Origin: Perkinsus chesapeaki ATCC PRA-425
Taxonomy: Eukaryota; Protista; Perkinsozoa
DNA: 64,000 nt
Assembly (NCBI GenBank): GCA_013115145.1
Contig: JAAPAO010000099.1
Coordinates: forward strand, 1-64,000
Direction of reading: 5' to 3'
Shown here: positions 1-12,593 of the stretch, one piece after another
Layout: each line of letters starts with the position of its first letter
Position numbering within the stretch: position 1 is the stretch's first letter
The notes under the pieces: generated by a model
Seen by the model: only the letters and a program-made list of their open reading frames with translations
What the model was told of the DNA's origin: nothing
The model's database searches: none
Made by a program: the position numbers and the translations under genes

Positions 1-95
1 TCATTTCCGGAAATTTCCAACTTTTAAATTTCCAACGGAAATTTCCGGAAATTTCCGAAATGAAACGCTGCGCGAAATGGAAACGGAACACCCTG
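1..95 (-). mobile_element. Probable terminus of a hAT-like DNA transposon or MITE (rest lies outside the window)
   Basis: The minus strand begins CAGGGTGTTCCGTTTCC. AAACGG at 81-86 and repeated GGAAATTTCC (22-nt palindrome at 36-57) resemble the Ac/Ds CAGGG terminus and AAACGG subterminal motifs. No second end or TSD is visible. Confidence 0.4.
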
Positions 96-659
96 AAATA
101 TCCACCTCAATGGTAATCGCCACCGACAGCGGAGATAGTTCGCGACATTACATCGCAAAAATTTCGCCGAAGAGTTTACTGCCGATGAAGCTTAATGAAC
201 CCTTGACCACCCAACCCGCTAGTTATCTCCTGTTTCACATCAACGGTATTCATTTAGCACGAGTCCATTGTAAACTAGAAATTATGTTATTATATATATG
301 GATGTCACGCTTCCTTTTCTGTCGGCTTCTGACGCCGCCGCCGACAACACCAAAAAGACCGACGCAACTTTTGCCACCATGACTCCTCAGGTTGGGCCAC
401 CACCTTTTCCCTGGCGTCTTGGTGATGTTGCAGATTTCGAAATGCGTCATTCCATAACTAAAAAGGAACAGACGTGCTGCACATTTAGGATACCGTTACA
501 ACTGGTGCGTACGACGACATGTCATAACGTGAAGAAAAACAAAACTTCTACGAGGAGGAACTACGGGAAAATGCCATGCAGCTTATGCACAATTCTACTG
601 TGTTAATGAGCAGACTACAGCGGATATAATCTGTGCAGTACAATACAGTAAAACTGTCA

Positions 660-695
660 ACGTAGACTCTACGTATTTTTGTCTACGTCGTAGAG
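660..695. other. Hairpin-type excision footprint, long variant (W=ACGTAGAG)
   Basis: acgtaga C tctacgt atttttg tctacg T cgtagag; both central bases are the complements predicted from W8 and W1. Confidence 0.7.
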
Positions 696-764
696 GATCG
701 TAAAAATACTTACCACTGAAAGTCAATTCTTTGAGTTCAAGCTTTCTCTAATTTTAGCGCAGTT

Positions 765-2014
765 TCAACCATCGGCGACTGGTTGAAGGGAGAATTCTTC
801 AAGTCCCGTGATTTTCCCAGGTATATCCGTATAGTTGAAGTTAAGTATGAGAGGATGCTGTAAATTAGCGTATCATAGAGTCTGTAGCACCAGCAAGAGA
901 TAGGCACAAACTGCAAGATACCGTACGAATCGCGATAGGTGAGCTAGGTTCACCGAGGACTTTGAATGCATCAATCTATTTGACGAGTGATATTAAAAGT
1001 AGAAGAATTTAACGTAAACTAATTAATGGATTACATGAGATGAACATAAAGTGGCGCTTCCAGGAAATAGACCCGTCAGGAGCCCGCAAATACTACCTTC
1101 TTCTCCTGAGCTTGATGCTCTTTATCCTCCTTATTGACAGCTTGCAGCAAATGTTGTCCCAATGAAGGATTTACTGTCTGTAAAGTTGCCAGATATCTAC
1201 CAGCAGGAAAATTAGAAGCAGTAGAGCGACCCATAGGTTACTCTCGAACTTGGTCATACTCTCCTTTTTGTCGAAGAGCAGTGGCCTTCCTGTACAACGC
1301 CTTGGCATCCAAAGGCTTTTTATCGAGCACGTTATCGCAGTGCCGTACGGCATCGTCCCAACGCTAAGTGCAAAACCCGATAAACTTGAAACCGCGCAAG
1401 TTCGATCCCACCCTAAGCCTAAGACAGGCCTGTGCCGCATTCAAATCTGCTCTTATAGCGATCTCGTCTACTTCTGAAGAGCATAACTACTACTGGAAGC
1501 CTCTCTGGCTTTACCAGTTTGCTTCTTCGTGTCTTCTGCATAGGCGTTTTTACTATTGATGTAGCCAATGCTCTTCAAGGTCAATTCCCAGGCTTTCAAG
1601 GCACCCTACAATAGCAATCCTGATAGTCGGGATTCGCAAATGGAGACTGGGTTAGAGAATTTAATCAGAGAATACTGGAGAAAATAAAAAACGATACCAG
1701 AAACATGATGACCAACGAAATGAAAAAGTATTGTTGATCGGGAAGAGACTCAGTGGGAGGTCAAAGGACTGGATCAAGCGATAGCAATCTGACAGGATAC
1801 ACAGTGGGCGACTAATGCGCTTCAAGGAGTTATATTTGCCAGTATAACATTACAGGTTAAGCAACCTTATGGACCATCGCTAGAAAGCCCTAAAATCTCT
1901 GAAGATTACCTCATAATCCCCGGCAGCATAAAGCTCTTTTCCTTTATCAGGTGCGGTAGTGTCTGTAGAGTTCTCCAGCGTGGGAGATGGATTAGATATC
2001 GAACTATTAGGCAT
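765..2014 (-). CDS. Multi-exon TPR-repeat protein (FKBP/cyclophilin-type TPR)
   Basis: Spliced translation by eye: MPNSS...KGKELYAAGDYE/GALKAWELTLKSIGY.../EVDEIAIRADLNAAQACLRLR/RWDDAVRHCDNVLDKKPLDAKALYRKATALRQKGEYDQ, with GT-AG introns. Confidence 0.8.
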
Positions 2015-3260
2015 GTTAATTAGGGACACGAGTGGTTCATATTCAAAATATATCGATTAGAATGGCGCGCGCTAAATACTTTGCGCAGTTTTCGAGTACT
2101 GAATGATTGACAGTTTGACGGGAATCGGTTGTACGAGAGGTACCCCTCAATTGAATAATGATACCTGTCAGTCAGCACTCAACTGTCCAGTTGAACGGAC
2201 CCAAATTTGAAAGACAGCGCGATGAGTGGAGGGCAGCCGCGCAATAGCGCACAATTGAAGCGAGCAACGTGCTTATGAAACGAGAAATTACAGAATGATG
2301 ATGATTGTGTATCAAACTCAGCTCCAGAATACTAAACGATATGTGTGTGATTCGTACTAGGTCCACAAAGTTTGGTATCATTAGTAAGGTTTCAGTTTTC
2401 CCTTTATGGGGTGCTCTGATGGCGATAATATCGCCTTACCTGAGGACATCAGTATGGATTGCCTAGACGGTCATACTGGCGGTAATACAAGTATAGGGAT
2501 TACGAACTTTTCGTACCATATTTCCGTCACATCTATGCCTTAGTAGACGAGTTTGATGTATAGAACTAGTACTAGGGGCCTCAAGAGCTACACCGATATA
2601 CTAGGGTTCCTGCTGCTTGGGAAGGCACTGTCTCGTATTTATAGGATTGTTTTATTTGGTTGAAAGACACTATTACGGTCGATTCTAGTGCTTTGAAAAT
2701 ACAACGTCCATTTTCTTAGGAAGTCAGACAAATGAAGAAGCAGAAGTAAAACCGAAAGTTTTAGTAACAAAAAGAGGTAATGAAGTTTTAATTATTCCAC
2801 CATTACACATCATAATAGATCGTCATGAACGTCCTCCCTCGGCGACCGTTGAGAGATCCATAGCAAGGCATGCGGCGTTAGCATGCCAGACTCTGAGGCA
2901 TCACATGGCTATGAGCCTTAAATTGGTAGTAGTATTGGTAGGGCGGTAATCTTCAATAGGTTGGCTCTGTAATAACTGCCATTCTTTGACGCTCTCTGTG
3001 TTGTTGTGATAGAAGATGACTAAATCTGGAGTCCGTATATTTGACCTGCTCACAGTGAATGCAGAAATTATCACGTGTCTTGTGCAGGTATCTGATTTAC
3101 ATGTCGAGTACAATTCAACCAGACACCAGAGCATCTTGAGATCCGGAAAAATTGGGGAAGGTAATCGTGTCCGTATAAGTACCGAAGGGGTGCTCTATTT
3201 CACTTCTATATTTCTTGTAGTCGCAACTTCTCTCATACAACTTGAACTGAAATCTTGAGA

Positions 3261-3403
3261 CTTGTCTATATCTTCGCTTGTCTATATCTTCGCCCGTCTG
3301 TATCTTCGCTTGTCTATATCTTCGCCCGTCTATATCTTCGCTTGTCTATATCTTCGCTTGTCTATATCTTCGCTCGTCTGTATCTTCACTTGTCAATATC
3401 TTG
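3261..3403. repeat. Tandem repeat with a 16-bp unit (TCTTCGCTTGTCTATA), about 9 copies
   Basis: Directly visible, with small variants such as CCCGTCTG. Confidence 0.9.
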
Positions 3404-3822
3404 AACTTTCGTTATTTGAAACTGTAAATCAGTCCTTAGTAGACTCAACCTCGCAATCTGACATCTTAAGATTCTAGGAGTGGTCTGAGATTTCGTGGCG
3501 CGTTATGATATTTTGGGGCGATTTCTGGTATTAATAACTGCTGATATTCTTCTTCCTCCTCTTGGCTCTTTTTTCGATATCTTAATACTTGTAATCTCAG
3601 AATCTTATTTAGATGATTATTATTTAGTATTAACTACATGCCTTATAATTACGGTTGTTATTTCCCGCAACTTTTGTATTTCTTACCTTCACATCTTTTT
3701 CAGGTCAGAATAGCAGAAGTCCACAGGATAATGTAGCAATGGGTATAATAATGCTTAATTCGTCCCTACTGAAGGGCTTGCACGTACTGGATTGCTTACA
3801 GAGCAGATGTGTTCAAGAGTAA

Positions 3823-3868
3823 TAATCGAAAGGTCCCGGGTTCGAATCCCAGCGATGGCAGGTATCCA
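3823..3868 (+). pseudogene. Degenerate tRNA 3' half or tRNA-derived SINE fragment
   Basis: AAGGTCCCGGGTTCGAATCCCAG is a T-arm/B-box with a mismatched stem; no convincing D-arm. Confidence 0.3.
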
Positions 3869-4504
3869 GAATTAAACTATGATCTTGAGGATCATCTCAT
3901 GTCGTTTGATGGCAGTTTAACTACAATTTATGAAGGCCATCAGAGCCAAAAGGTATCTTTTTGGATGAAAAAGTCGAGGGTCAACCTTGTTCAGGTAGTT
4001 GAAGATGTAGAAGATTTGTGCGAAAGATTGGTAATACCGGACGGGAATGAGTTCGGTGGAATTGTCAGTTATCTCAAAACATAGGAATGATAGTGGAAAC
4101 TTTTTCGCTTAGTGCACAGTGCGGTGCGCACTGCGGAGATTTGTCTCAATGTATCTTTAGTACAGCCAGATCAACTCAATACAGCCTGATACAGGATTTA
4201 AACTTGAACCAGTGTTAGGTTCACCAATGCTCAGGCTAGTGAATCAGGCCCTGATTCAACCAATCCCGTACTGGATTCTTCTAGTCAACTTATAGGATAA
4301 TTCACGAAAAACATATTACTGAAAACATTCCCTATCTTCGGATGTTCCCTATCGCAAGCTTCATTTTGGCATCGTGTTCGGTATAATATATATTGTTTTA
4401 TGAGTTCGTCTTTTTATGTAATATCAATAGCATTATATACACAAACCGAGTTATAAAATTAGGAAACAAAAATGTATTAGAGCCATATTTGGGTACGTAA
4501 AGAT

Positions 4505-4725
4505 TGAGCCAGGCAGGCTGAGCACGAGAAGTTGAAGGGCAGGAGCTCTTCAGAAAATGCGGTATGGATAGATCACTCTTCGAGTGGGTTTTCGCTCAGC
4601 TTAACGGCAACTTAATAACCACTGAAGACGCAAATGCAGCTTTAACTTCGCAAAAAGACAAATACGAGCTGGACAAAGTGGAAATGGCGGAAAAACAGAG
4701 ACAGTTGGAGGAGCAATGTGAACAG
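4505..4725 (+). CDS. Exon fragments of a coiled-coil protein
   Basis: AEHEKLKGRSSSENA/LNGNLITTEDANAALTSQKDKYELDKVEMAEKQRQLEEQCEQ bounded by GT/AG; the full gene could not be reconstructed. Confidence 0.4.
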
Positions 4726-5124
4726 GTAATATTCGGAGGGAGAGCTGGGACTCTGGGGAGAGCGGTATAAAACATATTGGATTTGCTGGTAGTGTTGTAC
4801 TATTATTCGAATCTAGACTCAACGAATGTGCGCAATTATGGACCGTAAGTTACAGTCTCTTCCTTCCGAGCACTTCATCGATTCGGGTAGAATCTGCTTA
4901 CATTGGACCACAACAGGCTTGATGTTGGCACACAAGAATTGATTTGTTGTATCGTGTATGATTGATCTCAGGACTGTTTCCATTGATTTGATATATTTGT
5001 TACCAAAAATATGCGGCACATCTTGGCTAATGTGTTCAACCGTTTTTCGGAGTGATGAATCACATTTTGTGAGTGAATCACATGTAATGCTTCGTGCTCA
5101 GCTCCGTTTGGCATTGGAAGCAAG

Positions 5125-5188
5125 TCAAAAGTCAAGGCCAGTGACAGCGGAGACGTGTACAGGTTCGAACCCCGGTAAGGGTATTTTA
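5125..5188 (+). pseudogene. Degenerate tRNA-like (Asp/Glu-like) fragment
   Basis: GGAGAC...GGTTCGAACCCCGGTAAGGGTA followed by TTTT; the cloverleaf is incomplete. Confidence 0.25.
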
Positions 5189-6044
5189 AATAAATCCTTT
5201 TGCGTATTGGTCTTATAAGATGCCGCCAATTCATCTGGCGAAATATTGGTGTATGATTCTGATGAGGAGGAAGGCAATAAGAGCAAAGGTGGTAGGATGG
5301 GTGATGTGATGTAGAAAGTTGGACATTCATGGAAACGGTGAAGAAAATAAAAATCCCAAGCTTCATGTCTACGAACTCCGCATAAGTTTGTTGTCATCGT
5401 TTAGTAGACGAATGAGCGTTCGCTTGTTCGAGACTCGAAATTCCAAGTTTGAGATCAGTAAGACTTGCGTTAACACCTCTTCGAGGAAGCAAGTCCCAGA
5501 TTGAGGCGCATCCATTGATCAATATATCATTCTCAAGAAAGGCTATCTCTACGGCGATACAGTGGGAAGCTTGATATGGGATGTGTTTCGGTCTATTTAT
5601 CACATTGTGATACATTGTTCAAACTTAGTCAGTATGCGTATCTACCAAGACAAACCGATTCGAGGTGAGAGACTCGATCGATGTTCCGGGGCTACAGGGC
5701 AGTCGGGAGGATGCCTGGCGCCCCCTACTTACCGCCGTTGAACATACCTACCGCCCTGGTTTACTTGGCAACGTTCCGTTGTTCAATCCAGCGTAGGGCC
5801 AGGGTCATCGATGCGTAGCGGGCGCAGGCTGTATGCATGCTCGCTAAGGGGACACTTGAACTGAGCCCCAGCTTCAGTACCTTGTTTCTAGCATGGACTT
5901 CCATTTAAAAATATGTCTGTCACGGACGAAGTACACTCGGCGGCCTCAAGTTATTGTTTGTAGTAATTGCACCATATAGTGGTGATCATCAAGTCATCGT
6001 AAATAGGGAGGCTTCTACAAAGAGAAAAGATCAGTATGAGCTGA

Positions 6045-6066
6045 TCTTGAGTCTCAAGACTTGAGG
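6045..6066. other. Excision footprint (W=TCTTGAGG, 1 mismatch)
   Basis: t cttgag t ctcaag a cttgag g; a second near-match lies at 6075-6096. Confidence 0.75.
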
Positions 6067-6288
6067 TGCGTGGTCCCGATAATATCGACCCGATATCGAA
6101 TACCGCGTCATGATGATATCGTATGGGGTGCTCTTGCCAGCCGCAGAAGCTCCGGCTCGAATAGAGCCGAGCCGCTCTATCACTGGAAATCCGTGGGAGA
6201 TTGTCAGCTCTAAAGAGGTCCACTCGGCCCTCAAGCGCGACACTAGGGATGGATACCATCAAACCAAAAAATGGTAACTCGGCAAGCG

Positions 6289-6306
6289 GTAGCCATCTTG
6301 GCTCAA
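6289..6306 (+). other. Relict Perkinsus-type spliced leader
   Basis: GTAGCCATCTTGGCTCAA is identical to 18 nt of the Perkinsus SL ACCGTAGCCATCTTGGCTCAAG and is followed by TCAAG. Confidence 0.75.
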
Positions 6307-6447
6307 TCAAGAAGGTATCACAACTTTTCTGAAGATATTGCGCAGAACGCCTTCGGCGATAAAAAGCTCACCGTTGCGGGTATCTGCTAATACATACTTT
6401 TGGTTCGCGTATAATATACTCCGTATATTAAGACGCTCGCTCGTGCA

Positions 6448-6469
6448 GTCCTCACTGAGGATTCCTCAG
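6448..6469. other. Excision footprint (W=GTCCTCAG, 1 mismatch)
   Basis: g tcctca c tgagga t tcctca g. Confidence 0.75.
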
Positions 6470-7476
6470 GTATGAGTTCTGCCGCTGAGACTCAACACCA
6501 TTGTGATCAAACCCTGCCGGCTAGACAGCTTGGCAGATTCTTCAGTTACCCTGTTGCGTTTTGCATTTACCAACACGCGCCCACTGTATGTAGAATTTGT
6601 AGACTGTAGAAAACTGTAGGCTACCGTAGAAACTATGACATCATCGAGATGACGGTCGTTCTTTCTCTGGGTTTGACAATTCGGTGGAACAATGTTCCAT
6701 GTGGCAACATCGTATGCCTCCCCACGCTACTCTTATTGCTGATCGAAAACGTCCGATTTGCCGGATACTCCGTAGTAGTATTACTGGTTTTCAGATGCCT
6801 GTGACGCTACAAAAACTGCCAACGACTCGTCGAAAACCGTTTCACTACCAGAAGATGAAGTAACAAGGTTACTATCTATCATACAGGTGAACTTTATCTG
6901 GGGCCTGTGTTCGTGAGTACTTGAAATTCATACTTCTTGATTGTTCACAACTTATGATAAAGCTTGGACTCTCTGAAAGCTATTATGGCAGTAATACACT
7001 GTGAGGCTTTTTATGAAGTTGAAATATGTTTTCGATACTGGAAATTATATTTTGAAAATCCATGACTTATTATCCTTCAGCGCTTGACATCTCGCTTGAC
7101 ATCAACTCGAACAGAGCTGGGAGAGCTGAAACGCAAGAAGTATGGAAGTGGTGGAGAGAGAAGGAACTCTAACGGTGATGGGAGATATTTACTATCCATC
7201 GTATTAGAAGTTTCAGGCACTTCTACTACAAACAAAGGAGAGAATATAACAATTACGGTAAGACGCTTTGGGGGCCATCTAGCTTCACGGAGAGGCTTTC
7301 CGCGGCGATTGAAAGGTGCTCCTTATTTGGATTTGATGGAGGCCCATGCTCCTAGCTCGAAATACAGCATCCGAAGCATTGTTTTTTGGAATAGTGTTCG
7401 ATTCTTTAGGACTCTCTTCTCGGAGGAAAATTCACTTCAAAAACGCTAAAGATATGCGTGTATATTTTTGATTGTT

Positions 7477-7498
7477 GCTCCCGACGGGAGCCTCCCGT
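7477..7498. other. Excision footprint, perfect (W=GCTCCCGT)
   Basis: gctcccg acgggagc ctcccgt. Confidence 0.85.
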
Positions 7499-10431
7499 AG
7501 ATTTTCAGTATAAATATTATCTTCGTTTCAGCCACGTTCGGCAGTTTCGACCAGGCATGGAATTCTGAGCACCTCCCCAAACGGGCGATCACCAGATGAT
7601 ATAGAAATAAGGTGGGCGGATGGAGTTACGGTGGGTTTAGGATCTGGCTTAGATTCCAGAAAGTCCATGAGATGAACAGTCGATTGAACAGAGCAATGGG
7701 AGCTATCAGAGCACACAGTAAGATATTGGATACCCAGGGGCTCCCTTGAGGGAGCCTCTCGTACGATATCCTGTCTTTTCATAAGGGAACAACCAACCAC
7801 CACATGCGCAGTGCACCTTGATTGCGTTGCTTTATTCAGCTTGGGCAGTTCGCTAGTGGCTCTGTAATGCTCTACGAAGCTCTAAGTATCCGTGTATCTT
7901 TATTTGTTGAACTCATGATAGATGCAAAGGAAAATAATTTAGGGAGTGTGAATGATCTTCACTATTGCAGATGGTGGGAGAGTGACTTCCAGTAAAGGTG
8001 ACCGCAGCCCTCGAGAGAGATTGAAGAAAAATACGGTATGAGAAGTAAACCGAAAGAGCTAGCTGCCCTTACTTCAGGCAATACGAATGTCCAGGTGATG
8101 AAGTTGAAGATTGTTGAGGTGTGTAGCATTAGTAAGATTGGACTCATGTTGACTGGATACGGATGATAATGAGACATAAAGATCAGTGTTAGTCATTCAA
8201 TTCAGGGAGTCATAGAGATGGGAATTGGTTTGAGATATCGGCCTTAATAGAAGCCTAATTTGTACTAGGTCCCAGGACAGCTTTTTGACCCATGGAACAC
8301 ATTCGTGTCTGATTTTGGCATCGTCTTCTGGACAACTCCTCAATACTCCAGGTTGATTTTTTCGCCATTAAGGCAGCTCGGTTGGGTAACCTAGTAGGCC
8401 TCTCCGACATCTCAGTAGCGTCATTACTGGTAGTGTTGAAGCCAAGATCTGGCTTAATGCAAAGCCTCGCAGTTTGGAGAGGGAGGCGAAGTTATGCTAT
8501 AGATGCTAGTTGTTGTGATTAATTTTGTTTATCTAGCACTTGTGAATTCTTCCCAAAATCTATTATGGCGTCTATTGAGAATGACAATCTCTTTTTATTG
8601 CATCCATACGGCCACTGGCCGTCGGTCAGGCGACTGCATCGCCTCCTGACGGCACTATTGGAGTTTATAAGGTCGGTGTGATGCATGTGATGGCCGCCGA
8701 CAGGACTGAGTAAAATTGAGAGAAGATTCACAGAAGTTTATACTCTCCATGAGGATGCGAAAAGGGGATCTTGGCGCTCAACTGAGGAAGGTCGACATAT
8801 ATTCCAGCAGTGCATTCGAGGTTGTTCCCAAACGTATCAGTTTTGTCCGGATGGTTCACAAAAAAAGTCGTTCAATGAAATGATTTACTTTCAGTTAAGA
8901 TTTTTTGAACTACTTCATGTCGGACAGGAGCAGACATGCTTGCAGCAATTGTCAGGAAGGGAGCGATCAGTTGCACCTCTCTGTGAGCCATCGATCGATT
9001 TAACAGTGAAATTCGGGTTTAAAATCCTACGTGTTCCTCGCTGTGACTTCCTATAGCTTAATGATCGTGTGACGGCTTGATGCTAGCGAGTAATCTTAGG
9101 CGGCTAATTTTCGTGACCAGCGTGTGTGGTGAAGTTAAAATTTAACTTCTCAACAGAGAACTTCAATTTCACTCTGCACGATGGTGATGCTGTGGATTTT
9201 ACAGCTCACGCGCGACCGGTAAGGCAAGTGGTCGTTGCGTTGTCTCTTTCTTTGAAGAAGCTCATCTGTGAAACTTCGAGGATAGAATAGGAATGTCACC
9301 AACAAACTCGCGAAACTTCTACCATTGGTATATAAAAATTCGTCTTGTTTTGCAGTCAAGAGAATGGCTCACTTGTGATCTTATTCATGATATATTTCTT
9401 CGTTTAGGATTCGGTTGGCGGCGGCAAATCTCAAAGGACTGAAGGGATGCCGCTTCGCCGTGATGGTCAGAGTAAGCAGGGCCCGAGCAGATACTACTCT
9501 GGCAGATGATCCAGGAATCTCGATTCGTGTTTTTTTGCTTCACGAAAGGGGAATGCGGAATTTTAACCAAGGAAAATGCTTTCAATGTCTAGGAAGATTT
9601 TCATCAAACTTCTCACCATTTTTATGTGACTCATCAGATATTATCAATTTCGAAATTAAAGGTTTAATTCTTCATGAAATCGAATCTCTTAAAAGTAAGT
9701 TTCTATGAATAACTCTGTAGTATTTTGACATTTGGACACTTCTCGCCCCTCCTTCGTGTGACACGGCCCACCTGGTCGATTATGACCTCACTAGTAGCTG
9801 GCTAGGAGAGCCATAGGTGTTTTGTTGAAGCTCCTCCAGTCAGCATCCTGTTAAGTGAACATAAAGCGCTTTAGGCCTAGGTTGAGACCCTCCCATGCTT
9901 GGCTCGCTTAACTCAGCATAAGGGCGATTCTGCTCGGGTAATGTTAATGTAAATCGCTTTCAAGGTACCGGTAGTGTTGGGTCCCGTTGCACTGGCCGAT
10001 TCACCATCGAAGACGGAGAATCTATTTCCTTTGACAGGCTTCCCGGAGGTGGGGTGGGCCTGGAGGATTACTCCACTCCTATTGGTTTCGGGCTCTCGTC
10101 CGGTCGGGCAGAAGAATTCTCAATCTCCGGGAGTTGAATAAATTCTGCAACGGTGAATTCATTGGACAATCTGCCAGCGCGAATGGCCTCTACATTATAT
10201 AGCACCAGTGAAATAATTGACAGTTCCGTCAATAGCTAATAATATCAGTGCAATGTGAAACCTAGTTGCTGTTGAATGTCGATTCAAGCCGCAGCCGAAG
10301 CCAGACTTAACGAGTGTACTGGTATCCATCACCATCTGTTATCAGCAGTGTGTTTTATCTTCAAAGACTCTACTTGCAATGAAATATTCGCTCTGGGCTT
10401 GCCTGATAACATTAGACAGCTATTTATCACA

Positions 10432-11102
10432 TTATAGTAATACTTCATTACGTATCTCGATAGCTGTTAATGTATTAAATCTATTTCCCCTTCCAGGTAG
10501 CGTTTCTATCCGACGTAAGGAGACCCTAGACGAGCTCGACATCGAACCCGTGCTGGAAAATTCCTCTCTTTGGAGGTCAACAGCTTCCTGCTGTGAAATC
10601 GCGGGGGAGACTGATGGCCAAGGATCAGGCGAAGAGTCACGGAGGGAATCTTGCAGCAACGGATTCGGAGACACTCGGTCGTGCTGTGCGGAATTGCCGC
10701 GGCCACAGCTTTCGGTTAAGGTGAGCGTTCGTGGATTCAGGACATACTAGAGCAGGATAGGCGGAAGGAAATGCAAAATACAGTATTTTTACCACCTCTG
10801 TCCGAAGTATATTAGTTTTCAAAAATTCAAACCCCAAAGTTTTCCCGTACCAAGGCCACCGAACCTTTAGCGTAGAATGCGGGCTGTAGTGTGATGATGT
10901 TTTCATAAATCTTTCAACGGAAAGTGGTTGATGCGGCATTGCTGGGATTTAGGTGCCCAAGAGAATCGGGAGATTCGACGTAGTCGAAGCCACACCGACA
11001 GCGCGCCCTGTGCGGATGCCTTCGGTAAGTATTCGTTGATGAGGAGGTGTTGCTTCTCGCGACACTCGCCTGCGGTGTGACTTTTTTTCTCAGATGCTCC
11101 AT
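10432..11102 (-). CDS. Hypothetical multi-exon protein (Ser/Pro-rich)
   Basis: Open segments MEHLRKKVTPQ... and ...SPNPLLQDSLRDSSPDPW... with splice-like boundaries; no recognisable domain. Confidence 0.3.
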
Positions 11103-12317
11103 ATAGATTCTTGGGACAGTAATCCTAGTGGCGGTGAAAGCACTTTACAGGTGGTAGACCAGTTAATGAAATATACCTCAACAGACTATGTCTCGCTTAC
11201 TACCGAACGCCCTGCCTATTTGGCAACTTGCCAATGGCAAGGCGACTAATACTTGCTTCCGCCCGGGATCTTTCACGCTATTCGGAAGCTTTGGTGTGGC
11301 AGTCCTTCTGGGATTTGCGGCCAAGTCAAAAAATAGCTACAGACTTGCTGAATGAACATCAGGCAATCGAATCAATATTGGCTTCGTGTGGCAGTTGTAC
11401 ATCAACAGGTTATGGTTTGGTGTCATTTACAGAAGTTATTTAGTGAGTAGTATTTTCGAAAGTCTAAATTCAGCACGTAGTAGGTTTACGATCTACTTCC
11501 CCTAGAAAACTATCGGAATCCAGTCACTAATTTTATTCCTTCCGTCACTGCATGGCTTGATTGTAGTTACTGGATGATCTTAATCGACAAGTCAGAGCTC
11601 TTCTTGATCGAAATGCGGCGCTCGAGGCGGAAAATTCACTGTGAGGATTTTAGTGCGGTGATTTCTCGAGACTCCATCTCAGCCTGCATAGTCGATGTGA
11701 ACGATTCTCAAAGCAGCTTCGAGAGCTCGGAGCTCAACCGGAGACCCCTGCAGATGTGAGCGCACAAACTACTATTACTAAATGTCTTGTTGTTGTTGTT
11801 GCAGTTTCCAGTCGCACTCACTCGTGCCGACACTCCTCCTGCTTATTTTGCTATGCGTCATCATCCATTTAAAAATGAGAATACTAATGGAATGGGATTG
11901 CCATAAGATTGTACTTTTGTAAGTCATTTTCGTTAGCAAATAATACCTGTACGTTTGGTGGCTTATCGGGAATACGACATGCGCCCATAATGGCTGGCTC
12001 GGAATGCTTCGCTATGGAAGAGCGTCGTTTTCGGTACTTAATTCGGTTGTGTTTCCCTTTCAGGTTTCTGTTCCGTGTCTCTGTACATCATCACTTTGCC
12101 TTCGCTAATCAGCGACGTTTTCCCCATCTTATGGTTTGAGTTTTCCGAGTGATAAGCCACACTACCCGTCCGTGAATTAATCGATAACCTGTGAATTCAA
12201 TTAGTCGTACTGGCAGCTCTTGCAGCTACATAAAGGACAATGGACTCTCGCGTTAATATATACACAGTTGTGCTACACATCTTTGGAACACAAGAGATAT
12301 ACTCCCTACGATACGCG

Positions 12318-12589
12318 TATTTATGCGGAGCACAACTTGTTGTGTGTAGAGTAAATACGCGTATCGCAGGGAGAGCATGTCCGTTGCGCACCAGAGATGT
12401 GTCGCACAACTATATATATATATATACTTTTATATATATATTACGGGCCAGCGAGTGCCCATGCGACGACGGCCAAGGGTTGTGTTCAAGTAGTGGTTCA
12501 AGGCCACCAGTGTAACCACATGGGCTTCTCGCTAACCTTCCGGTTCATCCTGCTGTAGCAGTATTGTGCCAAAAAAGGCAAATTTTTTT
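12318..12589 (+). repeat. Split direct repeat A1
   Basis: Nearly identical to 18802-19077; differs by one substitution and in TA/T tract lengths. Confidence 0.95.
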
Positions 12590-12593
12590 CCTC

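Noticed and set aside
3261-3403. 16-bp repeat array as a CRISPR or coding repeat
   Set aside because: There are no unique spacers, the unit is not a multiple of 3, and the context is eukaryotic; it is a simple minisatellite.
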